DNA from: the human T2T-CHM13v2.0 reference genome, Homo sapiens
Assembly (NCBI RefSeq): GCF_009914755.1
Contig: NC_060931.1
DNA length: 64,000 bases
Strand: one strand, 5' to 3'
The number at the start of each line of letters is the position of its first letter. Position 1 is the first letter of the stretch. The notes under the pieces were generated by a model that was not told where the DNA came from, made no database searches, and saw only the letters and a program-made list of their open reading frames with translations. A program made the translations under genes and the position numbers. Below, piece after piece: positions 18,141-40,573 of the stretch.

Positions 18141-19439
18141 GTCAGCACTTCTATTCTCTCACTTAAGTGTCTGCTGATCCCCCCCTTAGATCTGCCCTGG
18201 GAGAATCGTAGTAATGCAGGAACAGTCTGCAGGGATTCTCTCCTGCTGCCTCAGTTGCTAGGGGAAGAGACTGGGCCTTAGCAGGTGGGTGACTTGACCA
18301 GGTCACCGGCTTTGTGGGTAGAGCTGCTCATAGTAGAACCCAGGAGACTTATCTCCCAGGCCAGTGTTCTTTCTCCCGTATCCTAGTTTTCTTAATAGAA
18401 GATTATTAGGTGCAGCAATAACCAAGTTCAGTTAGATAATTTAGAAACAAAACCATATTTTATACACATTCATTTCATTTCTGAGAGCTCACATACTCAA
18501 TTCCTATGGCTTATTTTATTTTAAGCAGTTTAGAGAGACAATAAGAAAATGCGGGCGGGATGCAGTGGCTCACACCTGTAATCCGAGCACTTTGCGGGGC
18601 TAGGGCAAGAGTATCCCTTGAGACCAGGAGTTAGAGACCAGCCTAGACAACATGGGGAGACCCTGACTACAAAAAATACAAAAGTCGCCAGGCATGCTGG
18701 GATGCATCTGTGGTCCCAGCTACTCAGGAGGCTGAAGTGGGAGGATGGATGGAGCCCAGGAGGTCGAGGCTGCAGAGAGCCGTGAATGCACCACTGCACT
18801 CCAGCCTGGGTGGCAGATTGAGACCCTGTCTCAACAAACAAACCACAAAAAACATGAGCCGTATAATGGGAATTTTTTTTCTTTTTGCACCTTGTATTTG
18901 ATGATGATGGCAGACTATTTGTAAAAGGAGTCGTGTTACCCATGAGAGTCTAACTCATCTAATTACTACCTGATTATCTTAGAGTTACAGGCGCATGCTT
19001 CCCTATCACTCTTTTTTTTTTTTTTTTTTTTTTGAGACAGTGTGTCTCACCCAGTCTGGAATGCAACAGCGTGGTCTCGGCTCACTGCAACTTCCACCTC
19101 CCAGGTTCAAAGGATTCTCGTGCCTCAGCCTCCTGAGTAGCTGGGACTACAGGCATGTGACACTATGCCTGGCTAATTTTTTTTGTTATTTTTAAGTAGA
19201 GACGGGGTTTTGCCATGTTGGCCCAGGCAGGTGGATCACTTGAGGCCAGAATTTGAGACCAGCCTGGCCAACATGGCGAAACCCTGTGTCACTCTTTTAG
19301 AGCCTTCTGAGTGTTTGCAGGTTGAGTGTTCACAGGGTGTTAGCCTATTGAGCTTTCTTTTGTGGTTCTTATGCAGGTGATTTCTGCCTTTGCAGGCCGG
19401 AGCCCTCATGACTTCAGTGACCTGCTTCTGCCCCTCTAG

Positions 19440-19498
19440 GTCTATCAGCCACAGTCTCTGCAAGTTTCCAAGAGCAGCAGAAAATGAACACATTGCAG
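19440..19498 (+). pseudogene. LOC100289561: RBAK-type exon 2 with the start codon (ATG 19484, MNTLQ)
   Basis: ccctctAG acceptor, CAG|GTGAGT donor; MNTLQ is the recalled N-terminus of RBAK and PMS2P3. Confidence 0.8.
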
Positions 19499-19565
19499 GT
19501 GAGTTTTCCTGCTTGTGTATATGTTCCTCAACTTTATTTTATGATGCATTTTAAGAGGTTTGTAA

Positions 19566-19700
<135 letters not shown>

Positions 19701-19743
19701 TGAGTAGCAGGGATTACAGGCGTGCGCCACCATGCCCAGCTAA

Positions 19744-19890
<147 letters not shown>

Positions 19891-20066
19891 TAAAATGGGA
19901 ATGTGGAAATAGACATTATCCTGTAAAATATAGTTAGTGTGGCAGATCAGCACCAAAAATGATTTGTGAAGCTTGTATGTATGGGTAGTATATTTTAAGG
20001 CTGTTGAAATTGAGCCGCACCTAGGACTGATATTCTTGGCAGTCATCACAAAAGGAAAATGCCATC

Positions 20067-20325
20067 TGTATTAGTCCATTCTCACACTGCTATAGAGAAA
20101 TAACCAAGACTGGGTAATTTATAAAGAAAAGAGGTTTAATTGGCTCACGTCTGCAGGCTCTATCATAGGAAGCATGGCTGAGGAGGCCTCAGGAAACTTA
20201 CAGTCAGGTGAAAGGTGAAGGGAAAGCGGGTGCATCTTCCATCACCAGAGCAGGAGGAAGAGGGAACATTGGGGATTACAATTGAACATGAGATTTGGGA
20301 GGCGACACACACCGAAACCATATCA
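20067..20325 (-). mobile_element. MaLR (MST/THE1-type) solo LTR, internally deleted
   Basis: TGTATTAGTCCATTCTCACACTGCTATA...AACCATATCA with a perfect 5-bp TSD (CCATC) on both sides. Confidence 0.85.
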
Positions 20326-21010
20326 CCATCCATGACATCGTTTGCATTGATTATAAGGAGAAACCAGTTTTGTTACTTGTGCATTTAAAAGATTTTCTAG
20401 GACTTGGAAAAATTTCTTCATTCAAGTTGATATAATTGTGGATAGCTTTCCTAACAACAACCATTAAATTACTGTAACTTATGGCTTATTCTCGGTGCTT
20501 ATGTAAGCAGAGGGCCTGCTGCCCAAGGAGAACTTGGTGCATAATTTTTCCAGGGACGGAAATATCGTGATCCAAGTAAACAATTCTGTTTTTACTGTTG
20601 AGTCCTAGATCATGGGGGGAATGAATGACGTGATCATCCGTCAAATATTTGTTCGTCTTTTTGTTCGGGTTGCACAGCAAACAATACAAACAGTACTCTC
20701 TTGTGAAGATTTCCTCATTTCTGTTTCTCATTTCACTTCTCAGTGTTTTCGTTTTGTCCTTTTCACTTTGCTAAGTCAGTCAGTAAAGGTGACCAGTGAT
20801 TTAATTGCAGTCAAATCCAGCGGGCATTTCCTAGCCCCTTCCTCACAGGACCCTTTGTCTGCCTTTGACATCCGTTACTTCCAAACTGATATTTTCTCCA
20901 TGGAGTCTCTCTTTTCTTGGCTTTTGAAAAGATTCATCTGTAAGTATTTGTTTGTCTTTAAATGGTGAAGTCTGTTTTGTTTTGTTTCTTTTTTTCTTTT
21001 TTTGAGATAG

Positions 21011-21247
<237 letters not shown>

Positions 21248-22413
21248 TAGGATTACAGGCATGCGCCACTGCTCCCGGCCTAGAAATGTACTCTCACTGT
21301 ATTGCTCAGGCTGGTCTCAAACTCCTGGCCTCAAGCAGTCCTTTCACTTTGGCCTCCCAAAGTGGTAGGATTACAGGTGTAAGCCACCACACCTGGCCAA
21401 TAAGGAATCTTTTTAAAAGGGGCTAGGAATAACCCATAATACTCTCTTTCTTAATACATGTGGCAGTTGGGTTAAATCTTTTAATAGTTCCCATAGTATG
21501 TCTCCTGTGTGCTTATTGTTTTGAAGAAACTGGGTTGGTTATCTTCAGTTTGGATTGTGTTACCCTTGTTTCACCTTTAGCACATTTTTAAAAAATATCT
21601 TTTATGCCTTGGTAAAATTGGTAGTTTGATCTGGAAGTCTAATCAGGTTTATGTTCAGTTCTTTTCACACAACTATACCATATGTGGCATTTGTCTACTT
21701 CTGGAGGCACGTGTTACCTTCTTTGTTTTTGTGAAGTTAAGAACTATTGACTGTTGATTATTGCTGTGATTTACTATTGCTGTGATTTGCCTTCATTAGG
21801 GGAGGCAAAATGGTGATCTGCTAATTCTACCATTTCTTCTTTATTTACTAGCCAAAATACCTTTCTTTTCTTTTTTTGGAGACAGAGTCTCACTCTGTCA
21901 CCCAGGCTGGCACGTTTATGGCTCACTGCAGCCTCAAACTCCTGTGCTCAAGTGATCCTCCCACTTCAGCCTCCCAAGTAGCTGGGAGTATAGTCATATG
22001 CCACAATGCCCAGCGGATTTTTAAATTTTTAGTAGAGACAGGTTTCTCTATGTTGCCCAGGCTGGTCTGGAACTGGGCTCAAGTGATCCTCTTCTTTGAC
22101 CTCCCAGTGTTGGGATTATAGGCATGAGCCACCACGGCTGGCCTAGAATACTTTTCTAAAGATAAATTTCTATTCTCTATTTGTTTATGTAATTCATGCA
22201 GGAAAGACAGTTTCTAAAATATTGAGTAGGCTTTTAAGCAGGAGGGTATTTTGTTTTGTTAACCATCATGAGCTCATGGGTTTAAACAGATAGTAAATAT
22301 TTCAGTACATAGAAGTTGTGATTCTTTTTGAAAATTAAGTGGTTCCATCTTTGGCCAGACGGAATCCCTTTAAGTTGGTTTCTGAGTCCTTTTGAGATAT
22401 ATTTGATATATAT

Positions 22414-22658
22414 GATAGCAAATGTATACATATAATATATATTTGATAGCAAATATATACATATAATATATATTTGATAGCAAATATATACATATAATAT
22501 ATATTTGATAGCAAATATATACATATATATTTGATAGCAAATATATATAAATTTATATGATTTCAAAATAAAATGCTAAATATATATATATTTGCTATCA
22601 AATATATACATATATTTGATAGCATTATTTTCTATTTAGCATTTTATTTTGAAATCAT
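22414..22658. repeat. AT-rich 31-bp minisatellite ending in nested inverted repeats
   Basis: GATAGCAAAT units at 22414, 22445, 22476, 22507 and 22533; 26-bp and 14-bp perfect inverted arms. Confidence 0.9.
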
Positions 22659-23229
22659 TTCAGATTTTCAGAAAAATTGCAAGGATTTTACAAAGAAATC
22701 CCAGATACTTCCTTTTGTTCAGATACTTCATTCTTAACATTTTCCCACATTAATCATTTATATGCCTATATATGTATGTGTATATATATATTTATATATA
22801 TATATATTTTCTGAACTATTTGAGAGTGGGTATAACGTGTCATGCCTCTTTACCCTATAAAGTTTTAGATTAGAGCTCATAAAATCAAGAATATTCTATT
22901 AAATATCCATAGCACAGTAATTGAATTCAGGAAATTTATCATTGATTTAATACTTTTATCTAAACTATATTTCATTTTCCAGTTTTGCCAATTTCCCAAT
23001 AATTTCCTTTATAGCAATTTTTAATTTTTGGTAGAAGATTCAGTCTAGGACTGTTAATTGCCTTTAGTTTTCATGCTTTTTAAGTCTGTTTAATACGGAT
23101 TTGTTCCGCAGTGCCATTATAACATTTGCAGAATACAGGCCAATGATTTTATAGAAGTCTTTAAATTTAGGTTTCCCTGATCTTTCTTCATGATTAGATT
23201 TAGTCTGTGAATTTTTGTCTGGAATGCTA

Positions 23230-25420
<2,191 letters not shown>

Positions 25421-25626
25421 CTCCTCACATCTGCCTCGGTTCTTCTTCCCTGCTCCATGGCCTGGAAACGCTCAAGGCAGAAGTTGATTGGTTCACCTTA
25501 TTTCCCATCACTCATAGATAACTCTACTGCCTGATAATCAGTGCCTTGAAAACCATTGCTTCAGCCCAGGCGTGGTGGCTCATACCTGTAATCACAGCAC
25601 TTTGGGAGGCCAAGGCAGGCGGATCA

Positions 25627-25842
<216 letters not shown>

Positions 25843-26504
25843 TCAAAAAAAACAAAAACAAAAACAAACAAACCATTGCTTCATATATGTTCTCCATTTT
25901 ATTTTTCTTTCTGTTTTTGATTTTGTTGTTGTTCTTTGGTGTGTGCTGTTTCAGGTTGGAGGGTATATGCAGTACCTGTTAGTTTATCACACCTGAGGGC
26001 AGAAGTCCTCATGTCTCTCTCTCTCTATTTTTTCTAATATATATATTTTTTTCTTTGTAGAGACAGGGTCTTGCTCTGTTGCCAAGGCTGGTCTCAAGCT
26101 CCTGGCCTCAAGCAGTCCTTCTGCCTCAGCTTTCCAGAGTGCTGGGATTACAGGCATGAGCCACCACACCTGGCCTGGATCCAGTTTTATCCATGTCCAA
26201 ATGGTTTTTTTCCCTGAGCTGTTTTTGATTTTCTTCCACCTCATATGAACTGTAGTGTCGGCTTATCTAGTTCCAGGAAAAAGCTTTTTGGTATTTTTAT
26301 TGGGATTGCATATTTATAAAGTAATTTAGGGTAACTGATATCTTTGTATTATTACGTTGACCTTAATAATACAACTAATTTTTTTTTTTTTTTGATTTTT
26401 AGTAGAGATGGGGTTTCACCATGTTGACCAGGCTGGTCTTAAACTCCTGACCTCAGGTGATCTGCCCGCCTCAGCCTCCCAAAGTGTTGGGATTACAGGC
26501 GTGA

Positions 26505-26842
<338 letters not shown>

Positions 26843-27720
26843 TTAGTTATATTCCTCTAATTGTTTTCTCTTCTCTAGTTGTAGATAATGAGCATTTTAT
26901 TAATACCTTGTTCTTGATCTTAATGGGAAGGTATGTAGTTTTTCCCTGTTAAGTAAAATCCTGACTTTTGGACCAAGAAGACTGAGGCATAAGAGTTTAT
27001 GTGTGTGCGTGTGTGTGTGCACGTGCATGTGCGTGTGTGTGTATATACACAAACTATATATGTGCTTGTGTGTAATTGAAATACATATGTCACATATATA
27101 TCATACGTACTACTGCATATTAGGGTGTAATATTTATATTTGTATATATACATAATATTGGTGTTAATGAAGCATCCATCAGTTTCTGTTTTCTTTAGTT
27201 TGTTTTTTTAAATCAGGTTTTTCTGTCAAGCTTTTTCAAGTATCTTCATGGATACAAGATTTTTCTTCTTTGCTGTGTTATAGTGGCCTATCATATTAAT
27301 AGGTTTCCAAATATTAAACTAGTCTATATTATTGGAATAAGTCCTATTTGTCTGTTGTATATTATGTTTTTAATCTGGTACTGGATTTTGTTTGGTTATG
27401 TTTCATTTTGGGTATTTGTATTGATATAAGTGGTATTGTATTGGCATGTAATTTTATGTTATTTATTGGCTGATCCATCTTCTAACCCCTCCACCTCCTT
27501 GCCTTCTGGACTAACTTAACCTAGAAGGTTATTACTCTCTCTCGGTGATTTTATCAGCTCCTGTGGCCTGCCTGTGGATAAGCTTGGATGTTCTGCTTTA
27601 GTTTCTCAGCCCACCAGCCTAGCGGCTCTGCCTCTGCTATCTCTTGGGATCTACATTGTCCTAGCTATATCACTGGGTTTGAACCCCTTGTTGATATCTT
27701 CTTTATAAATAACAGGATAA

Positions 27721-28178
<458 letters not shown>

Positions 28179-28934
28179 TGAAGCTGCTTCATGTTTGCCA
28201 TTGGTACTTTTTACACCTCATCATATTCTTCTTCCCCTTCATCCCATAGAATACACAATTCATCTTTAAGGACTTCAAGTTAACTGAGTCTGTGAAGCCT
28301 AACTGATGGCATAAAGTTAAAATAATTTGATCCTCTTTTGTTAAATCATTCTGCACCTTGTCTGCATTACTCTAATAACAGCTTTGGGCATTCATTCATT
28401 TAATGAATATTTATTGCTGTGAGATTGAGATGTTTGAGATAAAACTCAGCCATGCAGATAGCCAGAGGCCACTGGCTATGAGAATAAAAAAGACAAAAGA
28501 ACAAGGAGCTGAAACTAGGTGAGAGCCCCAGAGCAGTGAGTTAGGAAGAAGAAGACCAGGAACTGAGTGGTGGGCACTCCAACATGAAGAGGTCCAGGAG
28601 AAGGGGAGGGCCTGGCAGCAAAGAAGTGACAAGGAGTAAAATGCTTGTGTTTGTTTACATGTTTATCTCCTTATTAGGTTGTCTGCTTTCTCAGAGCAGG
28701 CATGGTGTTTCACTCATCTCATGTCCCCAAAACTCAGTTCAGTTGCAAAATAGGAGCTCAGTTGTGTTTTGGGTTTTTATTTTTGTGGGGTAATATATAT
28801 TTTATATATATATATCCCCAAAGGATATATGTTTCCTGTATGATTTCCAATATGATTTCCCTTCCATAATCTGTGACATAAAATAAGGTATACAATGTTC
28901 ATGGTTAACTTTACGAGTGAGCTTTGTAAAATGA

Positions 28935-29180
<246 letters not shown>

Positions 29181-29377
29181 TAAGTGATGACACCATTTAA
29201 TTCCTTGTGGGCACTAGCTGGAGCGTTTATATTATTCTTCATTGAAAGGTTCTAACTTTGATAAGGTAAAAAATGGAGCACTTCTGTTATGCAGCTTATG
29301 AGGTGGCAACATCTTGTACTTTGGAGATTCTGAAGCCAAGCAGCTTGCCCAAGTCCTTCTTCTTTTCCCATTAACAG

Positions 29378-29488
29378 GGTATGATTATCACCAAGCCAAA
29401 CATCATCATGGAGTGGAGGTGAAGGAAGTGGAGCAGGGAGAGGAGCCGTGGATAATGGAAGGTGAATTTCCATGTCAACATAGTCCAG
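29378..29488 (+). pseudogene. LOC100289561: KRAB-B exon (GYDYHQAKHHHGVEVKEVEQGEEPWIMEGEFPCQHSP), 111 nt
   Basis: EQGEEPW motif; acAG acceptor and G|GTAAGT donor; no C2H2 exon seen downstream. Confidence 0.9.
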
Positions 29489-31796
29489 GTAAGTTAGTAG
29501 ATTATCACATGTTAAAAAACACTCATCCCCGACCTTTGGGAGTGACTAAAGAGTTGTTTATATGTACTCGGTACCCTCAGTAACACCTCCCAACCCCCAA
29601 ATATCACTTTCCTTCCCACACACATACCACATACATGAACTCTTTTGTTGATTTTACATTTGATTTACATTGGTAGGGATTTTTTCATTCTAACCTGTAC
29701 TGGGGACCCAGTCACTTCCTCTTTCTCCAGCATTATCGGTCACTTATTTACTCCCTCGCCATTAGAGAATTGTTGTGAGTTTTTTGTTTGTTTGTTTGTT
29801 TGTTTGTTTTTTGGAGACAGAGTCTTGTTCTATCACCCAGGCTGGTGTGCACTGGTATGTTCTCGCTCACTGCAACCACTATCTCTCAGGTTCAAGCGAT
29901 TCTCCTTCCTCAGCCTCCTGAGTAGCTGGGATTACAGGCACATGTCACCACGCCTGGCTAATTTTTGTATTTTTAATAGAGACTGGGTTTCACCATGTTG
30001 GCCATGCTGGTCTTGAACTTCTGGCCTCAAGTGATCTGCCCACCTCAGCCTTCCAAAGTGCTGAGATTACAGTCCTGAGCCACTGCTTTCGGCCTTACAG
30101 AATTGTTTTGTTTTGGGGCATTCAGAAGTCTGACATAAAAATTAACTTGAGACTTTTATGTTCATTCTTTTTATCTTCCATTTTCTTTCCTTCCTTGCTT
30201 TAAAAATACCTTGGACTTATTTTCTGCCCTCGATTTTATTTACTTCTTTAGGCATTCAGATACCAAAACCTCGTCCTCTACCTATGCTTGCGAATTGAGT
30301 CACAGCTTGTGGTTTACCTTATTTCCCCAAGTCCATGCTCCGTTGATGTGATGATATAGCGCTCCCTCAGCTTTCCCCTCTTTCCCCAGTGCTCATTTAT
30401 GACCCGTCTGTGTGTTCATTTCCCCTTCCCCATAACTGGCATCATGCTCTGTCCATAGTAGACATTCAGGAAGTGTGAATTTCATAAGGGAATGTTGGTT
30501 CCTTTTCTTGCCTTTTCAGGAGTGTCCCCCTAGAACCCGTTTTCTACTTTTTTGGTTTTCTTTGTATCCCTTAAAAGAGTTTTTCTAATCTCAACTTCTA
30601 AGACCTTTTTTCTTGTGTATTTTTGCAGTTTGCCTCCAGATTGATATGTCTGACACTTTTAACCTAGTTGAATATTTTACTTGACAACATAGCAGTACCA
30701 GTGAGATAGTTCACTTCCTTCTTTCTCAGAATGTCTGATGATAAACTGTGCACATTCCAAAATCATGAATTCTGTCTACCTTCCTCACCTCCCAGTATTT
30801 GATTGTGTTAGTCTCCTCTCCATTGTTTGTGTTCTTTGTCTTCTGTGAAATGCCTTGCAGATCATCAGCACATTGTTTCTTTTGACATTAGTGTTCAGTA
30901 TTCTCCCATACCTGGATTACAGTGGATCCATCTTCCATTCAAATGATCATTGTCCTTTTCCTTCATCTGCATTTTACTTGCCCAGATAATATATATTTTC
31001 CCTCCCTTTCTTCCTCCCCTCCCCTCCCTCGCTTCCTTCCTTCCTTCCTTTTTGAGATGGAGTCTCACTCTCGTCACCCAGGCTGGAGTGCAATGGCATG
31101 ATCTCGGCTCACTGCAGCCTCCCCCTCTCAGGTTCAAGGGATTCTCCTGCCTCACCCTCCCAAAGCAGCCGGGATTACAGGTGCACACCACCATGCCTGG
31201 CTAATTTTTATATTTTTAGTAGAGATGGGGTTTCACCATATTGGTCAGGCTCGTCTCTAACTCCTGACCTTGTGATCCGCCTGCCTCATCCTCTCAAAGT
31301 GCTGGGATTACAGGCCTGAGCCACTGTGCCCAGCCTATTTATTTATTGAGACAGAGTCTCACTCTGTCACTGAGGCTGGAGCGCACTGGCGCAATCTTGG
31401 CTCATGATAACCTCTGCCTCCCAGGTTCAAGTGATTCTTGTGCCTCAGCCGCCCGAGTAGCTGGGATTACAGGTGTGCACCATCATGCCCGGCCTATTTT
31501 TGTATTTTTAGTAGAGACGGGGATTCAGTCTGTTGGCCAGGAGTTCACTCTGTTGGGCTCCTGGCCTTGTGAGCTGCCTGCCTCAGCTTCCCAAAGTGCT
31601 GGGATTACAGGCGTGAGCCACTGCACCCAGCCCCCTTCATTTAATTTTAAATTGTGGTTAAAAAAAGAACCTAACATGGCCGGGCGTGGTGGCTCATACC
31701 TGTAATCCCAGCACTTTGGGAGGCCGAGGCGGGCGGATCACGAGGTCAGGAGATCAAGACCATCCTGGTGAACACAGTGAAACCCCATCTCTACTA

Positions 31797-32111
<315 letters not shown>

Positions 32112-32262
32112 TCATCTATCATAGATTATAAAATGACTATGTTTAATAAAATTTTAAAAATAAAAGAGGGAGAGAATGGGCTCAAAAAAAGAAATAAAAG
32201 GCTGGGCATGGTGGCTCGCACCTGTAATCCCAGCACTTTGGAAGGCCGAGACGGGCGGATCA

Positions 32263-32493
<231 letters not shown>

Positions 32494-32646
32494 CTAACAC
32501 ACGGTACAACTGCATGTAAGGTGGAAAAGACAACTGGAATTAAAATGTGCTCAGGTCCTTGTAGAAGACAAGAAATCCAAAGGAAATCAAGCAAAGGGGG
32601 AAAAAGAAACAGAAAAGATAAAATGAATGTACCAACTCAATACTAG

Positions 32647-33025
<379 letters not shown>

Positions 33026-33486
33026 TAGAAATCAAATAATGAAAATATAACTAGCAAAATTCTGTATGTTTGAAAATTTTAAATATTTTCCCAGAAACTA
33101 TAAAACTACATGTTAATGTGGATAAATCTCAAACAATCTTAACTGAAATAATTAAATCACAGAAGCCTGAATAATGGATTCATTTACATAATTAAAGAAC
33201 ACATTCATAGTGGTAACACTATAATGAAAGATGAGAAAGATTAACACAAAGTTCACCCTAGTGTTTACCTATGGGTAATAAGGGGACTGTGAGGTAGGGT
33301 AGAAAGAAGGTACACAAAGGATCTCTACAGCACTATTAATGTTTCACTTCTTGAGCTGGGGCTAGAGATCTGGGTAATCATTTCATTTTTATTTTTTAAA
33401 CTACATATAAGCTTTGTACACTTTTGGATATTAGAACTTCAATAAAATTATAAAAAAGAGAAACAGGGAAAAAAGTATAATTGTCA

Positions 33487-33982
<496 letters not shown>

Positions 33983-34052
33983 TTATCTTTCTTGATATGT
34001 TACATTCACTAAAACGTTCACATCAAATCAAGTTTGTAGACACTTGTCCTTA

Positions 34053-36589
<2,537 letters not shown>

Positions 36590-36916
36590 TCATGCCTATA
36601 ATCCCAGCACTTTGGGAGGCCAGGGCAGGAGGATGGCTTGAGCCCAGGAGTTCAAGACCAGCCTGGGCTATAGAGCAAGACCCCATTTCTACAAAAACAA
36701 TAATAATAATTAGCCAGGTATGGTAGCGCATGCCTGTATTCAGCTATTCAGGAGGCTGAGGTGGGAGGACTGCTTGAGTCCAGGAGTTCAAGGCTGCAGT
36801 GAGCTATGATCGCACCACTGTACTCCAGCCTGGGTGACAAAGTGAGACTCTGTCTCAAAAAATAAAAAAAATGAAAGAAAAGAAGACATTATGGGATGCA
36901 AGTCTGCAAAGCCTTA

Positions 36917-37333
<417 letters not shown>

Positions 37334-38085
37334 CTAGGTGCTTAGGATAAAACGTCAAATATTTAACATGGCTTCACAGACATCTTGTATCATTTGGCCC
37401 CTGGCTACCTTACCTCACCCAATTTCCTCCTTTGCTCTGTACTCTAGCTACACTGTCCGAGGAGTTCCTAAAACATCACGCTGGGTCCGACCACAGGATC
37501 TTCACATGTGCTGCTCCCTCTATCTGCATCGCTCTTTCCTCTTCTCTTGTTTGCTTAACTCCTATTTACCCTCGGGCTTAATTAGCACTTTCTCACCTCT
37601 CCTAGTCTGTTGCTCTTATTTAAGATCAAACAGCAGAGAAATGTGAAGTCCACTGACTTCCGGGTGGAACAGGGTTCAGTATGCCAATTAAATTATTGGG
37701 TGCTGGCTGGGCACGGTGGCTCACACCTGTAATCCCAGCACTTTGGAAGGGCAAGGCGGGTAGATCACTTGAGGTCAGGAGTTTGAGAGGACAACATGAT
37801 GAAACTCCATCTCTACTGAAACACAAAAATTAGCTGGGCTTGGTCGTGGGCACCTGTAATCCCAGCTACTCAGGAGGCTGAGGCAGGAGAATCACTTGGA
37901 CGCAGGAGGGGGAGGGTGCAGTGAGCCGAGGTCGCACCACTGTACTCTAGCCTGAGCGACAGGGTGACTCCATCTCAAAAAAAAAAACAAAAAAAAAATT
38001 AGGTGCTGACTGAAAATAAATTTGAAAGCAAGGTGTATGACAGGGAAGGCTACTACCTGTGTAATATTCTCTTACTTAATGATTA

Positions 38086-38713
<628 letters not shown>

Positions 38714-39599
38714 CTATAATGGCACATTAAGTATCTCCAACCAACCCACTCAGTGAGTAAGATAGGAAAGCTGGTCAAATGTATTTTTTAAAATCTTAAG
38801 CCATTGTAATGTTGAGGAGGTAGTGAAGAATGATGAGGCTACAGCCTGGGAGAAGAACAAAAAATCTGGAGAGGTGAGCCCAGCATTTCAAACTACTTTT
38901 TCCTGGAGTTGTCTGCCAATTTGGAAGAGGTGGATGAATGTCTAAAAGGCTGAGAAGGCTTTCAACAGCCTTGTTGGGCTAGGGAACAATTATTTGAATA
39001 CAGGACCTGCCAAGGCAAGGGGCCCTATTAAAGTCTCTGCACTTTGGAGTGAAACCAAAAAAAATGCTGCATCCTAGGAATCAGAAATAGACCAGAAAGC
39101 CAGGCACAGTGGCTCACACCCATAATCCCAGCACTTTGGGAGGCCAAGGCGGGCAGATCACTTGAGGTCAGGAGTTCCAGACCAGCCTGGCCAGCATGGT
39201 GAAACCCTGTCTCTACTAAAAATACAAAAATTAGCCGGGCATGGTGGTGCACACCTGTTGTCCCAGCTACTTGGGAGGCTGAGGTGTCACAAGAATTCCT
39301 TGAACCCAGGAGGCGGAGGTTGCAGTGAGCCGAGATCACACCACTGCACTCCAGCCTAGGTGACAGAACGACACTCTGTCTCAAAAAAGAAAAAAAAATA
39401 GAAAAGAAAGAAATAGACCAGCCCTTCTGTGGACTAAAGTCCAGCTTCTAATCATCTCCGTTCCTGAAACTGAATAAAAGTAATCATAGATTCATAGATT
39501 GTTGGCACTCTCAAGCGCTAGCAATGTATATCCTGGCAGAAGCCAAGGTAAATTCTCTCCAGAGGCAGTTAATATAATGCTATATTAAAAATAAATATC

Positions 39600-39890
39600 A
39601 AGGTTTAAAGGTTAAAAAAAATTATTCCTCAAGATAAACAGTAACTCTTCACTGTAATAAAAAGTTAAATTCACCAGGAAGATAAAAGAATTCTAAATTT
39701 GCATGTACCTAGTAATATTGTCTTAAAATACATAAAGCAAAAATCAACAACTCTATAAGACTAAATAGCTAAACGAAAAATAGTGGGAAATTTTAACATA
39801 CTTTTCAACAGAAACTGATAAAATAGTTAGACAAATATTTAGTAAGGATATAGAAGATTTGAACAACTTAATCTATGGACATATATGGTC
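39600..39890 (+). mobile_element. Degenerate L1 ORF2 (endonuclease region) fragment
   Basis: CACCAGGAAGATA...CTAAATTTGCATGTACCTA...AAGGATATAGAAGATTTGAACAAC pattern typical of L1M. Confidence 0.55.
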
Positions 39891-40354
39891 ACAGTGACAT
39901 GATGAAGCTGGCTTGTATCCTCTCATGAGAAACAATTTTTAAAATTTCAAGACTTTTGTGAACCAGCTGATATCGCGCTAGTAGCTTGACATTGACCACT
40001 ATGGGAATATTTATATAATAGTATGATAGGCAAATGCTACCAATCACAGTTTTATCCCCTTCCCCTCTGAAGCCAGTTAGTTTTTTTACTTTTTCTTTTT
40101 TTTTGATAGAGATGGAAGTCTTGCTATATTGCCCAGGCTGATCTTGAACCCCTGGACTCAAGCCATCCTCCTGTCTCAGTCTCTCTAGTAGCTGGGACAC
40201 CATGTCTGGCCAGTTGTTAAGTTTTGTTTGTTTGTATTTGAGACTGAGTCTCGCTCTATCGCCCAGGCTGGAGTGCAGTGGTGCGATCTCAGCTCACTAC
40301 AACCTCCATCCTGGGTTCAAGCGATTCTCCTGCCTCAGCTTCCCCAGTAGCTGA

Positions 40355-40573
<219 letters not shown>

